DNA of 64,000 bases, taken from the NCBI GenBank assembly GCA_965219415.1, contig CBDCNP010000002.1, positions 1,504,001 through 1,568,000 of the forward strand, given 5' to 3'. How positions within the stretch are numbered: the stretch's first letter is position 1; each line of letters begins with the position of its first letter. A program made the translations under genes and the position numbers. The DNA is from Candidatus Marinacidobacterales bacterium. Its GTDB lineage: Bacteria; Acidobacteriota; Vicinamibacteria; Marinacidobacterales; DATDRI01. Positions 10,971 through 21,396 of this stretch are shown one piece after another. The notes under the pieces were generated by a model. It had not been told where the DNA came from. It ran no database searches and saw only the letters and a program-made list of their open reading frames with translations.

Positions 10971-11028
10971 TTAGTAATCAGTCAACAGTTGTCAGTACTC
11001 TCGCCGTTCACTGGTTACTGATCACTAA
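10971..11028. repeat. Heptamer-built inverted repeat (probable bidirectional terminator or REP-like element)
   Basis: TTAGTAATCAGTCAACAGT pairs with ACTGGTTACTGATCACTAA (16/19), between convergent genes. Confidence 0.65.
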
Positions 11029-13625
11029 TCAGCGATTTGCAGCTTCGTTACCGCTTGCGGTTCAGCTTGTTCAGCTTTCTCTTCCACTTCTTCCCTATCG
11101 CTCTCCGGAGTCACCTCTTCGGGCTCGGGCGCCAATCCCATCGGGGAGTCCGCGGGTTCCTCTAGCACTGAGTCTGGCTCTAGCGAGGGAGCAGCAGGTT
11201 CCGGTCGCGAGGTCGCAATCTGCCGAATCTGAGCTTCGGGATCTCCTGCGAACTTCCTCAATGCATGCTTCGCCCAGGGATGACGTATCTGTGCCAAGGC
11301 CAATGCCGCGGTCGCGCGCACCTGCGGGGGCCACCATCGCGCCAGCCCCAGCCGGCGGCGCCGCCCAAGGGCCTTCACTAAGGCCTCGACCGAAGCTGGA
11401 TCTCCGATTTGGCCGAGAGCTTGACAACAAACGATCGCTAGCTCAGGATCCCGGATCTTGCCGAGAATCTTTGCGACCGCCTTGGCAGCGGTGACCGATC
11501 CCATCTGTGCCAAGCTGCGAATCGTCCCCTTGACCACGGCCAAGTCCTCGCTATGGGCGAACGGGAGCACGACTTCGATAATCTCATCCTCCTTCATGCG
11601 TTCCGCGAGGCGAAACGCGGCGCGACAGATCTTGGGATTTGCGTCTCCGAGGCTGTAGGTTACTTCCGTCTTGAGATTCCGCGTGACGAGATCGACGACC
11701 TCGAGAATGCGAAACCTCTGCTCCACCGTGATCTCTAGTGCCAGGGCTCGCTTCAGTTCACGCCCGCCGGCCGGACCCACATCGGCAAGCATGCGCGCCG
11801 CCAGTTGGCGTACACGAAGGCTCTTCTCCTGCTTGATGATCTCGATCGATATCGGGATGCCGTGCTCACCCAAAACCCCCAAAAACTCCGCTGCCCGCCG
11901 GTGGCGGCTTACCGCATCCGAGCAAAGATCTTCCTGCACGATGGAGCACGCATGCACGTCGACATCCAGGCGGAGCAGATCGTCGAGCACACTTACCAGG
12001 GCGGGCTCTTCTTCACGCAGCCTCTTTCGACGCTCTCTGATGCACTGCACGACCGAGCCCGCCAGCTGGTAGTCGCCGATCTGGACACTTTCCATCGATA
12101 TCTGGTTCAGCACTGCGATGAGCAGCGGCAAGATCTTGGGATCTTGCTCTGAGCGCAGACACTCGAGAAGGACTTGTAGAGACGCTTCCGCGAGCTGACT
12201 GCGCTTGGCAAGATTGACGTGCTCGAAGGCGAGAGAGACTGCTTGGATGGTGCGCTCTCTTTGCTCGATGTGTCGCGACGCGTAATCCTCGAACAGTCGG
12301 CCGACGAGAAGCGGAAAAGCGTCCGAATGGCGTTCCTCGAGGAGCTTCCAAACAAGGACCGGAAAATCCTTCTGGAGCTGCTCGAGGGGAGCATTCGCTA
12401 TCGAGTCCTCGAGTTTGCTAGCGGTCTTTCTTGCTTCTGGCTCCTCTTCGCCGACATCACTTGCCGATTGGGGCTCCTCGGGCGAGGCCTGTTGCCGCCA
12501 GGCAAGCTCGTAACTGCTTTCATTGACGCTGACATGTGAGAGATCGTGTTGATCCACTAGGTCGTCCCAAGCGCTCTCGCTCTCGCTCCCGCTCCGCGCA
12601 CTGACTTGCCTTAGCGCATCGATGAACGACCGCACGTCTTGCTCGGACAGCTCGGCGCTGAACGAGATGGTATTGAGCTGCATCGCGTTGACGAAGGCGA
12701 GGAAGCTCTGGGCCAGCTCGGAGTAGTCGTGTGTGTTGACCTTGGCCCCGTTTACGATCAGGACATCGTCGGCGCACGCCAGGTTCAGGATCGCTCGCTT
12801 GTTGAGCACGGCTTCCAGAGCCTGGTAGAGCTCCTTCACGGCTCGGGTCACCGGTCGACTGTCAATGGGGTACAGACGGGCGTTTTTTGCGGCCCCGAGA
12901 AACGCGCGCAGGATGTTCGGTACCGTGGTCAGCTCCTCGTCTCGTAGCTCTTCCTCCGGACCGAATGGCGCTGGAGGGGGCGACCCCTTTCCGGTCCGTT
13001 TTGACTTCCCTTTCTTGGATTTTCGGACTTGGCGAACCGCCGAAGACGGCAATTGCTGGGGCTCGACGTGTTGAAGGTTCCTTTCTTTCCGCAGTTTCCG
13101 CCAGAACCTTCGCGCGATCTTCTTGGGCTCCAGCTCGGCGAGCGTCTGCAGCACGACATCCAGCTCCTCCTCCGGAACAACTCGACGGAATCGAATGGCA
13201 TCCAAGTCCGCCTCGTCCATCAGCTCGATGAAGGCCTTAGTGAGCGACCGATACTCTGCCTCCTTCAGGGGCTGATCGTTGACCCGAAGAGTGCGCTGGG
13301 TGCGGGAAAGTCGGATCACTGGGTTCTGGCCCCAGAAGCCGGTCCAGAACCTCCTTAACTTGACGTCGCGCGCGCGCAATCGCAGGACTCTCGGCAGGAT
13401 ACAACTTGAGACTACGCACCGCCGACAGCACGGAGCGAAGGAGGTCATGGACGACCGGCAGACTCTCCTCGTCCAGAGGCAGTTCCGTTTGGGCGTCGAG
13501 CTCCGGGAGCTCGCCTGAATAGTTGACGGCTTCCGCACCGTTGAACGTCGCTTCACCGTAGGCACGACGCATCTGTTCGTATCGCCGCGCCTTCTTCTGG
13601 TTCGCCGAACGCTGGAAGTACCCAC
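11025..13625 (-). pseudogene. Large HEAT-repeat protein, 5'-truncated and frameshifted
   Basis: PBS-lyase/HEAT repeats (VRQLAARML, CQALGQIGDPASVEALV, VRATAALALAQI). Duplicated 'LYP...P' N-terminal module. The upstream part is in ORF 13237-13572 and has no start. Confidence 0.8.
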
Positions 13626-14058
13626 GAATACTCCTACATCACCGATGGTCTGGAGTTGGCGTACCCCCACCTGCTAGGCCGATTTCAGGAAGTTTTCGAC
13701 GTGGCGGACTACTACGGGATCGGCCGCCCGACCATCGTAATTACCGAATTCGGCTGGACCTTGAACGACATTCCAAGCGTCGACCAGTCTATGAGCGTGG
13801 ACTTGCCGTGGGCGGCAGAACTCTATGCACCGCATCACGAGATCCAGGGGGCGGCCCATTTGGTATCTGGGTGGGGGTTGGGGCGGAATCGACAAAGAGG
13901 TGCAACGGCTCATCGGTCCCATCACAGATTACGCGACCCACAACTACTTCGTGCTCGGCCCTGCCACCGGCTCGTCTTCGAGCATTCTGCCTCCGCCTCC
14001 GCCAACTCCGGCTCCTGTCATTGCCGGAGAAGCGGGCTCGGTGACCAAGTCCAGTTGA
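13623..14058 (+). pseudogene. C-terminal fragment of a glycoside-hydrolase-like (TIM barrel) protein
   Basis: HEYSY..AYPHLLGRF..PTIVITEFGW..GAAIWYLG (frameshift near 13855). No start codon or N-terminus. Confidence 0.55.
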
Positions 14059-14094
14059 AGGCGGCGAGCGGTTGTATCGATAACTCCCGGGACG

Positions 14095-15066
14095 GTGCCG
14101 GTAACGTCATTTCTCAAAGTCCCGCTGAACCAAACCAGATAATCACCGGCACCCGGGGTGATCGACATGCCCGTCAACGCCTCGTAGGAACCCGTACCGG
14201 TCGTCGTTGCCGGACCGATAGAACTCACCTCTGTCGTATCGCTACCGCCAGACTCACCACCATCGTCGTTGCGCCATCGGTAATGTCCTTGCGTAAGGTT
14301 CGGGGACCCGCCTCCCGGTTTGATGCTGACTCCGATAATCGCCCAGTCACTCGGACCGCCTGACGCTACGTCGTTGTCTGCGCCCAGCGTCACCGTGCCG
14401 GCGGGAGTCACCGGCTCGTACCACGTCGAGAGGCGCGTCGAATCTCCGCTGCTGCCCCCCAAGTTGTTCATCTGGATGCTCGTTTCGCCCGCGTCCGGGG
14501 GATCGTTCATTGTCTGGACACGGTGCCAGGCTGCCGCGAAGGCCCAGGCGTTGTCGGTGACGGTCGTAACGTCGACTTTGATGTTGTCACTATCGGATGC
14601 CGGGCCGGGATCGTTGGCGGTCGCCTCGATCGCCCCGGAGCCGTTGGTACCGCTCGTGTCAACACCAGAAAACCTGGTTGCGACGACCGATGCCGGCAAA
14701 CTATTACCCGTGAGCGTCACGGTGATCGAGTCCCGTCGTCGGGGATGCACCCATCGCGCGGAGTAACGTGATGCCTCCCTGGCTCTGGGTATTGTCGACA
14801 TCCAGGATGGTAACGAAGGTGAGACCATTGCCGGATGCGGAGACACTCACTGTCTCGTCTCGGACGGCCACCGCTAGCAGGATCAGCTCATTGGATCCAG
14901 GAGTCCAAGACGGAAGGGTGACATTGCCGGTTAGCGCGGTGCCGGTTACCGTTTCTTCGGCGGCGATTGCGGCATGAAGTAAGGAGCCGGAGGCGCAGAG
15001 TCCGAGAACGATCAGCGATGCAAGAGCCCGCCCGAGAGTGTCGATTCTCAAAGGCAATCGCTTCAC
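14095..15066 (-). pseudogene. Secreted Thr/Ser/Gly-rich beta-sandwich (adhesin-like) protein, frameshifted and 3'-truncated
   Basis: GTG 15066 plus signal peptide (KRLPLRIDTLGRALASLIVLGLCA). ORFs 14704-15162 and 13944-14846 join. LTQGHYRWRNDDGGE motif. Runs into unrelated sequence near 14095. Confidence 0.65.
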
Positions 15067-15110
15067 GACCGGACGCTGCACAGACAGACCTCCCCCACGA
15101 CCTTCCTGCG

Positions 15111-15172
15111 AGCAAGATGCATGCCGATTTACGTAATTGTAGAGCCTGTAACCGGTTGACAAATAGAGGCTT
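15111..15172 (-). promoter_or_regulatory. Sigma54 promoter with upstream IHF-like site for the secreted protein gene
   Basis: Minus strand TCGGCATGCATCTTGCT (15127-15111, GG-N10-GC). TAACCGGTTGACAAATAGAGGCTTA at about 15148-15172. Confidence 0.7.
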
Positions 15173-15341
15173 ATCTACGTAGTTAAAGGGTTGTTTTGGC
15201 AGAACTGAGGGGATCTGGCTACGAATCTGCAGGTACACCCCATAGTCGTCGGGAAACGGCCTCAGGTGCCAACGACTAGTTAGGTAAGGATTTAACTTAG
15301 CGTGAGGGCTGGATCCCCCAGAGGGTCCAGACGGGACGGCT

Positions 15342-16708
15342 GGATCCGTCCCGCTTCCCGTGGAAATAAGAATGGCGTAACCTCTGGTTAAGCAAAACGA
15401 AACCACGCCTGTAAAGGCGAGGAGGAGGATTGCGCCATGAAGAAGCCTACCACCATATTGAAGGAGTCTGTAAGCGAGTACCGGGAGTTCGTCCAACTTC
15501 GGCTGCGTATGCGGGTACTGGAGGCGATCGAGGTTGTGCTTGAGGAAGAAGTCGACCAAGCGCTGGGGTGTTGTAGCTACGAGCGTGCGGAAGACCGCCG
15601 TGGATATCGCAACGGAGCCGAAACCCGTCGCGTGACGACGTCGGTGGGAACTCGCGAACTCCGGGTGCCACGAGCCCGCGTGCGAGACGAGGAAACGGGA
15701 GAAACGACAGAGTTCAGGAGCGAGCTGTTGCCCCGGTACGCGCGCCGGACTCGTGAGGTCGACGAGGCGCTCTTGGGGACGTACTTGTCGGGCGCGAATA
15801 GCCGCCGGATCCGCAAAGCGCTGAAACCACTGCTCGGTGAGGAGCACCTATCGAAGAGCGCGGTGTCTCGCGTGGTTAGCCGGCTGAAGGAGCGCTTCGA
15901 GGAATGGCAGAACCGTGCTCTCAGCGAGGAGGTCTACGCGATCGTTTACCTGGACGGCTTCCACCTGAAAGTGCGGATGGCGAAACGTGTGATCAGCGTA
16001 CCCGTACTGGCCGCGCTCGGGGTCGCGCCAGACGGGCACAAACGTCTGTTGTCATTGCGTCTGGCGGTGAGCGAAGCCTCGACGCATCGGGGCTCCGTGC
16101 TGGAGGGACTCCAGGCTCGAGGACTCCGGGCTCCCAAGCTAGTGATCAGCGACGGCCACAAGGGGCTGACGAAAGCGCTGGAGAAGTGGCCGGGGTGCCG
16201 GTTGCAGCGATGTACCGAGCACAAGCGCGCCAACTTGCTCCAACATTGCCCGGCGCACGCACGCCGTGAGCTCCGGCGTGACTACAACCGGATCGTCTAC
16301 GCCAAGAACGGGATCGATGCTCGCAAAGCCTATGACGAGCTCGTCGCCAAGTGGACGCCTCTCGCGCCGGCCGTCGTCCGAAGCCTAGAGGAGGCCGGTA
16401 ATCAGCTGCTGACCTTCTACGAATTCCCTCGTGCCATGTGGAAATCGTTTCGAACGACCAAAGCTCTGGAGAATCTCAACCGCGAGTTTCGACGCCGGAC
16501 GAAAACCCAAGCGTCGTTCTCCAGCGAGGAGTCTGCGGTCGCTTTGCTGTTTGGGCTTATCGCCTCTGGCCAGATTCAACTACGACGCATCGACGGCTAC
16601 CAACGTCTGAGCGAGGTTCTCGAACACGCGGAGGTTGCCGCCTGATATGATACTCTGATGACGGAGTGGAGGGTGCCGTTCTTTTTCCACGGACCTCGGG
16701 GCACATCC
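15342..16708 (+). mobile_element. IS256-family insertion sequence with 8-bp target site duplication
   Basis: IRs GGATCCGTCCCGCTTCCCGTGGAAATAAGAATGGC and (reverse complement) GGATGTGCCCCGAGGTCCGTGGAAAAAGAACGGC. TSD GGACGGCT at 15334-15341 and 16709-16716. Confidence 0.93.
15437..16645 (+). CDS. IS256-family transposase
   Basis: RRGYRNG, LRVPRAR, VYLDG, ISDGHKGL, QRCTEH, LENLNREFRRRTK. Confidence 0.95.
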   Translation: MKKPTTILKESVSEYREFVQLRLRMRVLEAIEVVLEEEVDQALGCCSYERAEDRRGYRNGAETRRVTTSVGTRELRVPRARVRDEETGETTEFRSELLPRYARRTREVDEALLGTYLSGANSRRIRKALKPLLGEEHLSKSAVSRVVSRLKERFEEWQNRALSEEVYAIVYLDGFHLKVRMAKRVISVPVLAALGVAPDGHKRLLSLRLAVSEASTHRGSVLEGLQARGLRAPKLVISDGHKGLTKALEKWPGCRLQRCTEHKRANLLQHCPAHARRELRRDYNRIVYAKNGIDARKAYDELVAKWTPLAPAVVRSLEEAGNQLLTFYEFPRAMWKSFRTTKALENLNREFRRRTKTQASFSSEESAVALLFGLIASGQIQLRRIDGYQRLSEVLEHAEVAA

Positions 16709-16765
16709 GGACGGCTCCGTAACTTTGACTTCTCAAGAGCCGGCGGCTAGGATTTCGGCACCCTC

Positions 16766-17722
16766 ATGGCGGAAACTCTCTTCGTTCATCCTGGAAAGCT
16801 CCACTATTTGGTTCGCGAGATCTTTAAACGACTTCGGGTTCCGCCCAAGGATGCCTCGACGATCGCAGAAGCGGTGGTGGCCGCCGATCTTGCGGGCGTA
16901 GAAAGTCTAGGGGTAGCGCGAATCCCCTTCTACGCCGATCGTCTCTCGGCGCGTTTGGTGAACCCGACTCCCGAAATCAAGATCGTTCAGGAAACCGCGG
17001 CCGCGGCAACCATCGATGGTGACAACGGTCCCGGACCGGTCGTGGCGGCAAAAGCCATGGAGCTAGCCGTCAGGAAGGCCTCAAGAAATGGCGTGGCTAC
17101 GGTTGCCGTCAGGAAGAGCAATCAGCTGGGCATGTTGAGGTATTACGCGCGCATGGCATTTCCGGAGAAGATGGTGGGGATAGTAATGACCAACGACGTC
17201 CCCGCGGTAGCCCCACCCGATGGTTCTACGCCGTTCCACGGTGTAAACCCAGCGGCGATCGCCATCCCAACGAACGAAGACAGCAGTCCGTTCGTTCTCG
17301 ATTTCACGACCCGCGAAGTCGATGCGGGACGGCAGCAGGACGAGATGGGGCTAACCGTCGAGATCCTGTGTGGCATCCTGTCGGGAGGATCCTTCGGCCC
17401 CGAGCTCTCCGGTGCTAAAGGAGACCGCTCGGAGGCTGCACACATCGGCCACCTCTTCGCAGCAATTCAGATCGAAGCCTTTGGTCCCTGGCTGCGCTTT
17501 CGCAACCGGATCGGCGAGTTGCTCAAGAAGTTGAAGGCATCATCCGGCTCGAGCGAAGCGCGTATCTACTATCCGGGCGAACCAGAGTACGAGGCCGAGG
17601 AAGAGCGAAGGGCCAACGGTATTCCGATACCGGCTCCGGTCGCGTCCCGCCTCGAGGGTGTTGCCCGAGGGCTAGGCCTACGGGACGCGTGGGAACAACT
17701 GCTGGCGACCCGGAAGCAATAG
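16766..17722 (+). CDS. Ldh_2 (malate/L-lactate/ureidoglycolate dehydrogenase) family protein, degenerate active site
   Basis: ADLAGVESLG, IDGDNGPG, GIVMTN, PFVLDF, IYYPGEPE..NGIPI. Conserved His residues are replaced and a central segment is absent. Confidence 0.85.
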   Translation: MAETLFVHPGKLHYLVREIFKRLRVPPKDASTIAEAVVAADLAGVESLGVARIPFYADRLSARLVNPTPEIKIVQETAAAATIDGDNGPGPVVAAKAMELAVRKASRNGVATVAVRKSNQLGMLRYYARMAFPEKMVGIVMTNDVPAVAPPDGSTPFHGVNPAAIAIPTNEDSSPFVLDFTTREVDAGRQQDEMGLTVEILCGILSGGSFGPELSGAKGDRSEAAHIGHLFAAIQIEAFGPWLRFRNRIGELLKKLKASSGSSEARIYYPGEPEYEAEEERRANGIPIPAPVASRLEGVARGLGLRDAWEQLLATRKQ

Positions 17723-17724
17723 AA

Positions 17725-19743
17725 CTAACGGTGGACGAAGGGCGCCTTGGAGCGGGGTCCGTTCTTGATGAAGTTATCGACGCCGATCCGCATGTCCTCG
17801 AGCCCGCACCCTTCCCCGAAGCAGCGGGACTCGAAGCGCAAACCTTGCTCCAAACACATCTTCGCTCCCTCGAGGACCGCCTTCTGAAGCACTGCGTCGA
17901 CGGCGCGGGATAAGTGACCGATCTCTACATCCGGTAACTCGGCCGGAGGTTCGACTGGGTCGCGCCCGATTCGCTTCAGTGCCTTCTGCCCGGAAGCGGC
18001 CCGCTTCGCAAAGGCGACTGCCGCGGCGACCAAATCACCTTCGACCTCTTCATCAATGAGACCGATGTCTACTGCCTCGGCGCCCGAGATGGGGCGGCCG
18101 GTGCGCAACATAGGCCATGCAGTCTCGAAACCCACGAGCCGCGGGAGACGCTGCGTCGCGCCGGAGCCTGGGATGATTCCCAGGTTGGGCTCTGGCTGAG
18201 CGGCTAGGATTCCCAAGCCTTTGCGAGCCATCCGCCCGTGACACGCCATGGCCAGCTCGTTGCCCCCACCGAAGGCAAGCCCGTTGTAGGCGCAGATCAC
18301 AGGCTTCGCAAAGTTCTCGATGTGATTCATCGTGGCGTGGGAGCTTTGCGAGAGCCTCTCCCCTTCCTCGGCTGACAGGACGGCCGCAATCATCGAGATG
18401 TCGGCTCCGGAGACGAAGGCCTTCCGCCCGAAGCCCGTGATCACCACGCCTTGGATGCTGTGGTCTTCGGCGATGGTGTCCAAGTGCCGATCGAGCTGAG
18501 CGTAGACGTCTTGGTTGAGCGCATTGAGTACCTGTGGCCTGCGGATAGTGAGGATGGCGATCCTCTCCGCGTCGCGGCGCAAGACGTGGGAAATTTTCCA
18601 AGGCTTGCCGGATTCCGCCTGGCGCACGAGGCTTTCCGCCACAGGGAAACTCTCGTGAACTTGCTGGTAGCTGCGCACGAGCTCCAGCGCCTTCGATGGG
18701 CCCAGCTCGTTCATGAACTGGAATGGTGGCCGCATCACCAAACCGATTTGAATGGCCATTTCGAGGTCCGCCACGTTGGTAATCTCGCTGTCGAGGACTT
18801 CACCCACCAAGCCGAAGAAGGCCCCGTGCAAGCGCTTGGTAATCTTGGCTTCGGCCTCCGGCGAAACATCTGGGGTCTGACCCCGCTTGGCCGTATCCCA
18901 GGGTCGCCCTTCTTTCATGACCCGGCGCATGAGCTCCGGGGTCTTGAACCACGGATGCACGCTTTCGCCCATCTCGTCCAGCCCGTGTGCAGTGAGCGGA
19001 TTACCGCCCGTCAGGTTCATGGCGGTGAACGGGCCGACTCCGAGCCCCAGAGCCTTGGTGGCAACGTAGTCGACCGCTTCGACCGTGCCCAGTCCTTCCT
19101 CGACTGAGAGTGCGGCCGCTTGAAAGATTCCCTCGAAGACCGGATCCACCGCGTAACCGTAGCGGCTGCCCACGCGAATCGGAACCTTGCCGATGGCTTC
19201 GTAGAATTGAAGCAGCCAGTCGACGACACTCTCGTCGGTTTTCGCGCTCGGGACAATTTCAACCAGCGGGTTGCGCTCCGCGGGAAAGAAGTAATGGACC
19301 ACCAGAGCCCGCGAAGGTTCCTGGGATTTGGCAAAGATCCGCTCCGGCTCGAGGTGGGACGAGTTCGAAGCTAGGATCGCGTCGGGGGCGGCCAGCTCTT
19401 CGACGTGCGCGAAGATGCGTTGCTTCAGTCCCTCATCTTCCGAAGCGGCCTCAATGACCAAGTTGGCACCGGCCAGCTCCTGGTAATCTCCGGTGAAGGT
19501 GACGTTGGCCTTCATGGCTTCCGCCTGCTCCGCCTTGAATGCCTTGGTCTCGACGCCCTTATCGAACTTCTTGACTAGCTTTGCGCGTCCCGCCGCAAGA
19601 GCATCGAGCGCAATATCCACCACCACGGGAACGTCGTGATCATGAAGCACCTTGGTGAAGTGGAGGGCGATGTCGGGACCGATCTGGCCAGAGCCGACGA
19701 TGCCGACCTTGGAGAGTCTTCTCGTTCCTAAAACGTAGGCCAC
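17725..19743 (-). CDS. 3-hydroxyacyl-CoA dehydrogenase / enoyl-CoA hydratase fusion
   Basis: GIVGSGQIG Rossmann motif, ILASNSS, HYFFPA. C-terminal crotonase (AFVSGADI, AFGGGNELA, PEPNLGIIPG). Probable GTG start at 19743. Confidence 0.93.
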   Translation of the reverse strand: MAYVLGTRRLSKVGIVGSGQIGPDIALHFTKVLHDHDVPVVVDIALDALAAGRAKLVKKFDKGVETKAFKAEQAEAMKANVTFTGDYQELAGANLVIEAASEDEGLKQRIFAHVEELAAPDAILASNSSHLEPERIFAKSQEPSRALVVHYFFPAERNPLVEIVPSAKTDESVVDWLLQFYEAIGKVPIRVGSRYGYAVDPVFEGIFQAAALSVEEGLGTVEAVDYVATKALGLGVGPFTAMNLTGGNPLTAHGLDEMGESVHPWFKTPELMRRVMKEGRPWDTAKRGQTPDVSPEAEAKITKRLHGAFFGLVGEVLDSEITNVADLEMAIQIGLVMRPPFQFMNELGPSKALELVRSYQQVHESFPVAESLVRQAESGKPWKISHVLRRDAERIAILTIRRPQVLNALNQDVYAQLDRHLDTIAEDHSIQGVVITGFGRKAFVSGADISMIAAVLSAEEGERLSQSSHATMNHIENFAKPVICAYNGLAFGGGNELAMACHGRMARKGLGILAAQPEPNLGIIPGSGATQRLPRLVGFETAWPMLRTGRPISGAEAVDIGLIDEEVEGDLVAAAVAFAKRAASGQKALKRIGRDPVEPPAELPDVEIGHLSRAVDAVLQKAVLEGAKMCLEQGLRFESRCFGEGCGLEDMRIGVDNFIKNGPRSKAPFVHR

Positions 19744-19744
19744 G

Positions 19745-20923
19745 CTACTTTGTTCGTACCATGAGCTCGGGGTGTCGATCCAAAACATCGAAGATTGCAG
19801 CGACGTCTTCCGGCATGTTGTAGTAGTGAAAGCTCAGGCGTAGGCCGTCGTGGCGGGCGGAGGTGATGATTCCCTCCTTTTCCAAGACGGCGACAGACTT
19901 GTCGGAGTCGGTTGAACGTAGCACCACCAGGGGCCCGTGCTCGGCGGGATCATCCGTGGTCAAAACGTCGATGCCTCTTTCATGCGCCTTGCGAATCGTT
20001 TCGGCAACCAACTTCTCGACGTGGCGATGGACGCGCTCGAGCCCCACTTCCATTACCAACCGGATGCCGGCTTGGGCGGCATAGAGGCTAGGTACTGGCG
20101 GCGTCCCCGCTTCGAAGCGACGAGCCGTCGGGTGGTACGTCTGCCGCTCGACGTCGAAGGCGAATGGATTCTCTTGCGCGAACCACCCCGTCATCGTCGG
20201 CTCCAGCTTCTGGATGAGCTCCTCCCTGACATACAAGAACGCGAGTCCGGAGGAACCGAGGAGGTACTTGTAGCACCCACTCAATAGGAAATCACAGTCC
20301 AATTCCTTGAGGTCAATGGGACGCGTTCCACAGCACTGATAGTCGTCAACCAGGCAATAGGCGCCGGCCTCTCGAGCCGCCCGTGCCACGCCGCGAACAT
20401 CCACCCGGAAACCGTTCCAGAAGCAAACATGAGTCGTGGGGACGAGCAACGTTTTCTCGTCGATACCGAGGGCATGGGCCTCGACCGGTAGCCTGTTCCC
20501 TTCAGCCCTAATCCGAGTGATCTGGGCTCCGCGCTTTTGCTGCGCGAGCCAGATTTGCGCCGAAGTTGGAAACTCGAAATCGCCGAGCAGGATCTTGTTG
20601 CGTTCCCCGCTGAAATCCAGGGCGCTGGCGAGCACGCTCATTGCCGTTGACGCACAATACGTCAGCGCCAATTGGTCGGGTGGGCAGCCGAGAAACTCGG
20701 CGTAGGCGGAACGAGTGCTTTCTAGAACCCCCACCCACTCACCCCAGGGGGAACCGCCGGTCCGCCAAGAGTGGAGGTAGCGGTCGTAGGCCTCTTCCAC
20801 TTCTCCCGAAAGGGCCCCCTTCGCGCAGCTATTGACGAGTATCTTGGACCTAAAGATGGGGAAACGCTTGCGGAACTCGGCGGGAGTGAGCTCCGCCGTT
20901 TGTGGGCTGACTACCTTTGCCAT
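19745..20923 (-). CDS. Class V PLP-dependent aminotransferase (kynureninase/cysteine desulfurase-like)
   Basis: DFEFPT, VDDYQ, GCYKYLLG (PLP Lys), GWF, RFEAGTP. ATG at 20923. Confidence 0.9.
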   Translation of the reverse strand: MAKVVSPQTAELTPAEFRKRFPIFRSKILVNSCAKGALSGEVEEAYDRYLHSWRTGGSPWGEWVGVLESTRSAYAEFLGCPPDQLALTYCASTAMSVLASALDFSGERNKILLGDFEFPTSAQIWLAQQKRGAQITRIRAEGNRLPVEAHALGIDEKTLLVPTTHVCFWNGFRVDVRGVARAAREAGAYCLVDDYQCCGTRPIDLKELDCDFLLSGCYKYLLGSSGLAFLYVREELIQKLEPTMTGWFAQENPFAFDVERQTYHPTARRFEAGTPPVPSLYAAQAGIRLVMEVGLERVHRHVEKLVAETIRKAHERGIDVLTTDDPAEHGPLVVLRSTDSDKSVAVLEKEGIITSARHDGLRLSFHYYNMPEDVAAIFDVLDRHPELMVRTK

Positions 20924-20951
20924 GGCCGCCGATCCTACCACGGCCACTGCG

Positions 20952-21389
20952 CTAGTTCCTGGACGGTCCGCTCTCGCTCGGTTCCAGCGTTTGGAGCGCC
21001 CCGCGTAGTTGTTTGGGCAGCGGGACCGCTTTGAAAGTGGCGCGCGAAACGGCCGCCGCCACAATGTAGCCCTCGACGAGCAGTGTGCGCTCGGGGAGAC
21101 GATGGACCTCATAGACGAGCTTGAAGCTCGACCGCCCCAAGCGGCCGAGCTTCATCTCGATGGATAGCAAATCACCGAAGCGCGCCGGCGACTTATAGTC
21201 ACAGTGCGCGGACACCCTCGGCAACCAGATGTTCTCTTTTTGTAGAAAGCCCTGGTAGTCGATCTTCTGTGCTCTCATCCACTCCACTTCCGCCATCTCG
21301 AAATAACTCAAGAAACGAGCGAAATAGACGACCCCTACTAGATCGACGTCGGGCCACGGAACACGGTGCTCGATGCCAAAGCGATCCAC
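20952..21389 (-). CDS. Acyl-CoA thioesterase (4HBT/YbgC family)
   Basis: DVDLVGVVYFARFLSYFE, CDYKSPARFGD, LGRSSF. Confidence 0.88.
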   Translation of the reverse strand: MDRFGIEHRVPWPDVDLVGVVYFARFLSYFEMAEVEWMRAQKIDYQGFLQKENIWLPRVSAHCDYKSPARFGDLLSIEMKLGRLGRSSFKLVYEVHRLPERTLLVEGYIVAAAVSRATFKAVPLPKQLRGALQTLEPSESGPSRN

Positions 21390-21396
21390 GTTCGCC

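Noticed and set aside
15215-15231. Additional + strand sigma54-like site TGGCTACGAATCTGCA
   Set aside because: GG-N10-GC spacing fits, but the match to TGGCACG-N4-TTGC is poor and no gene follows before the IS.
15240-15285. Hairpin TAGTCGT...ACGACTA as a c-di-GMP riboswitch
   Set aside because: It lacks the GEMM-I and GEMM-II conserved cores; only one stem is visible.
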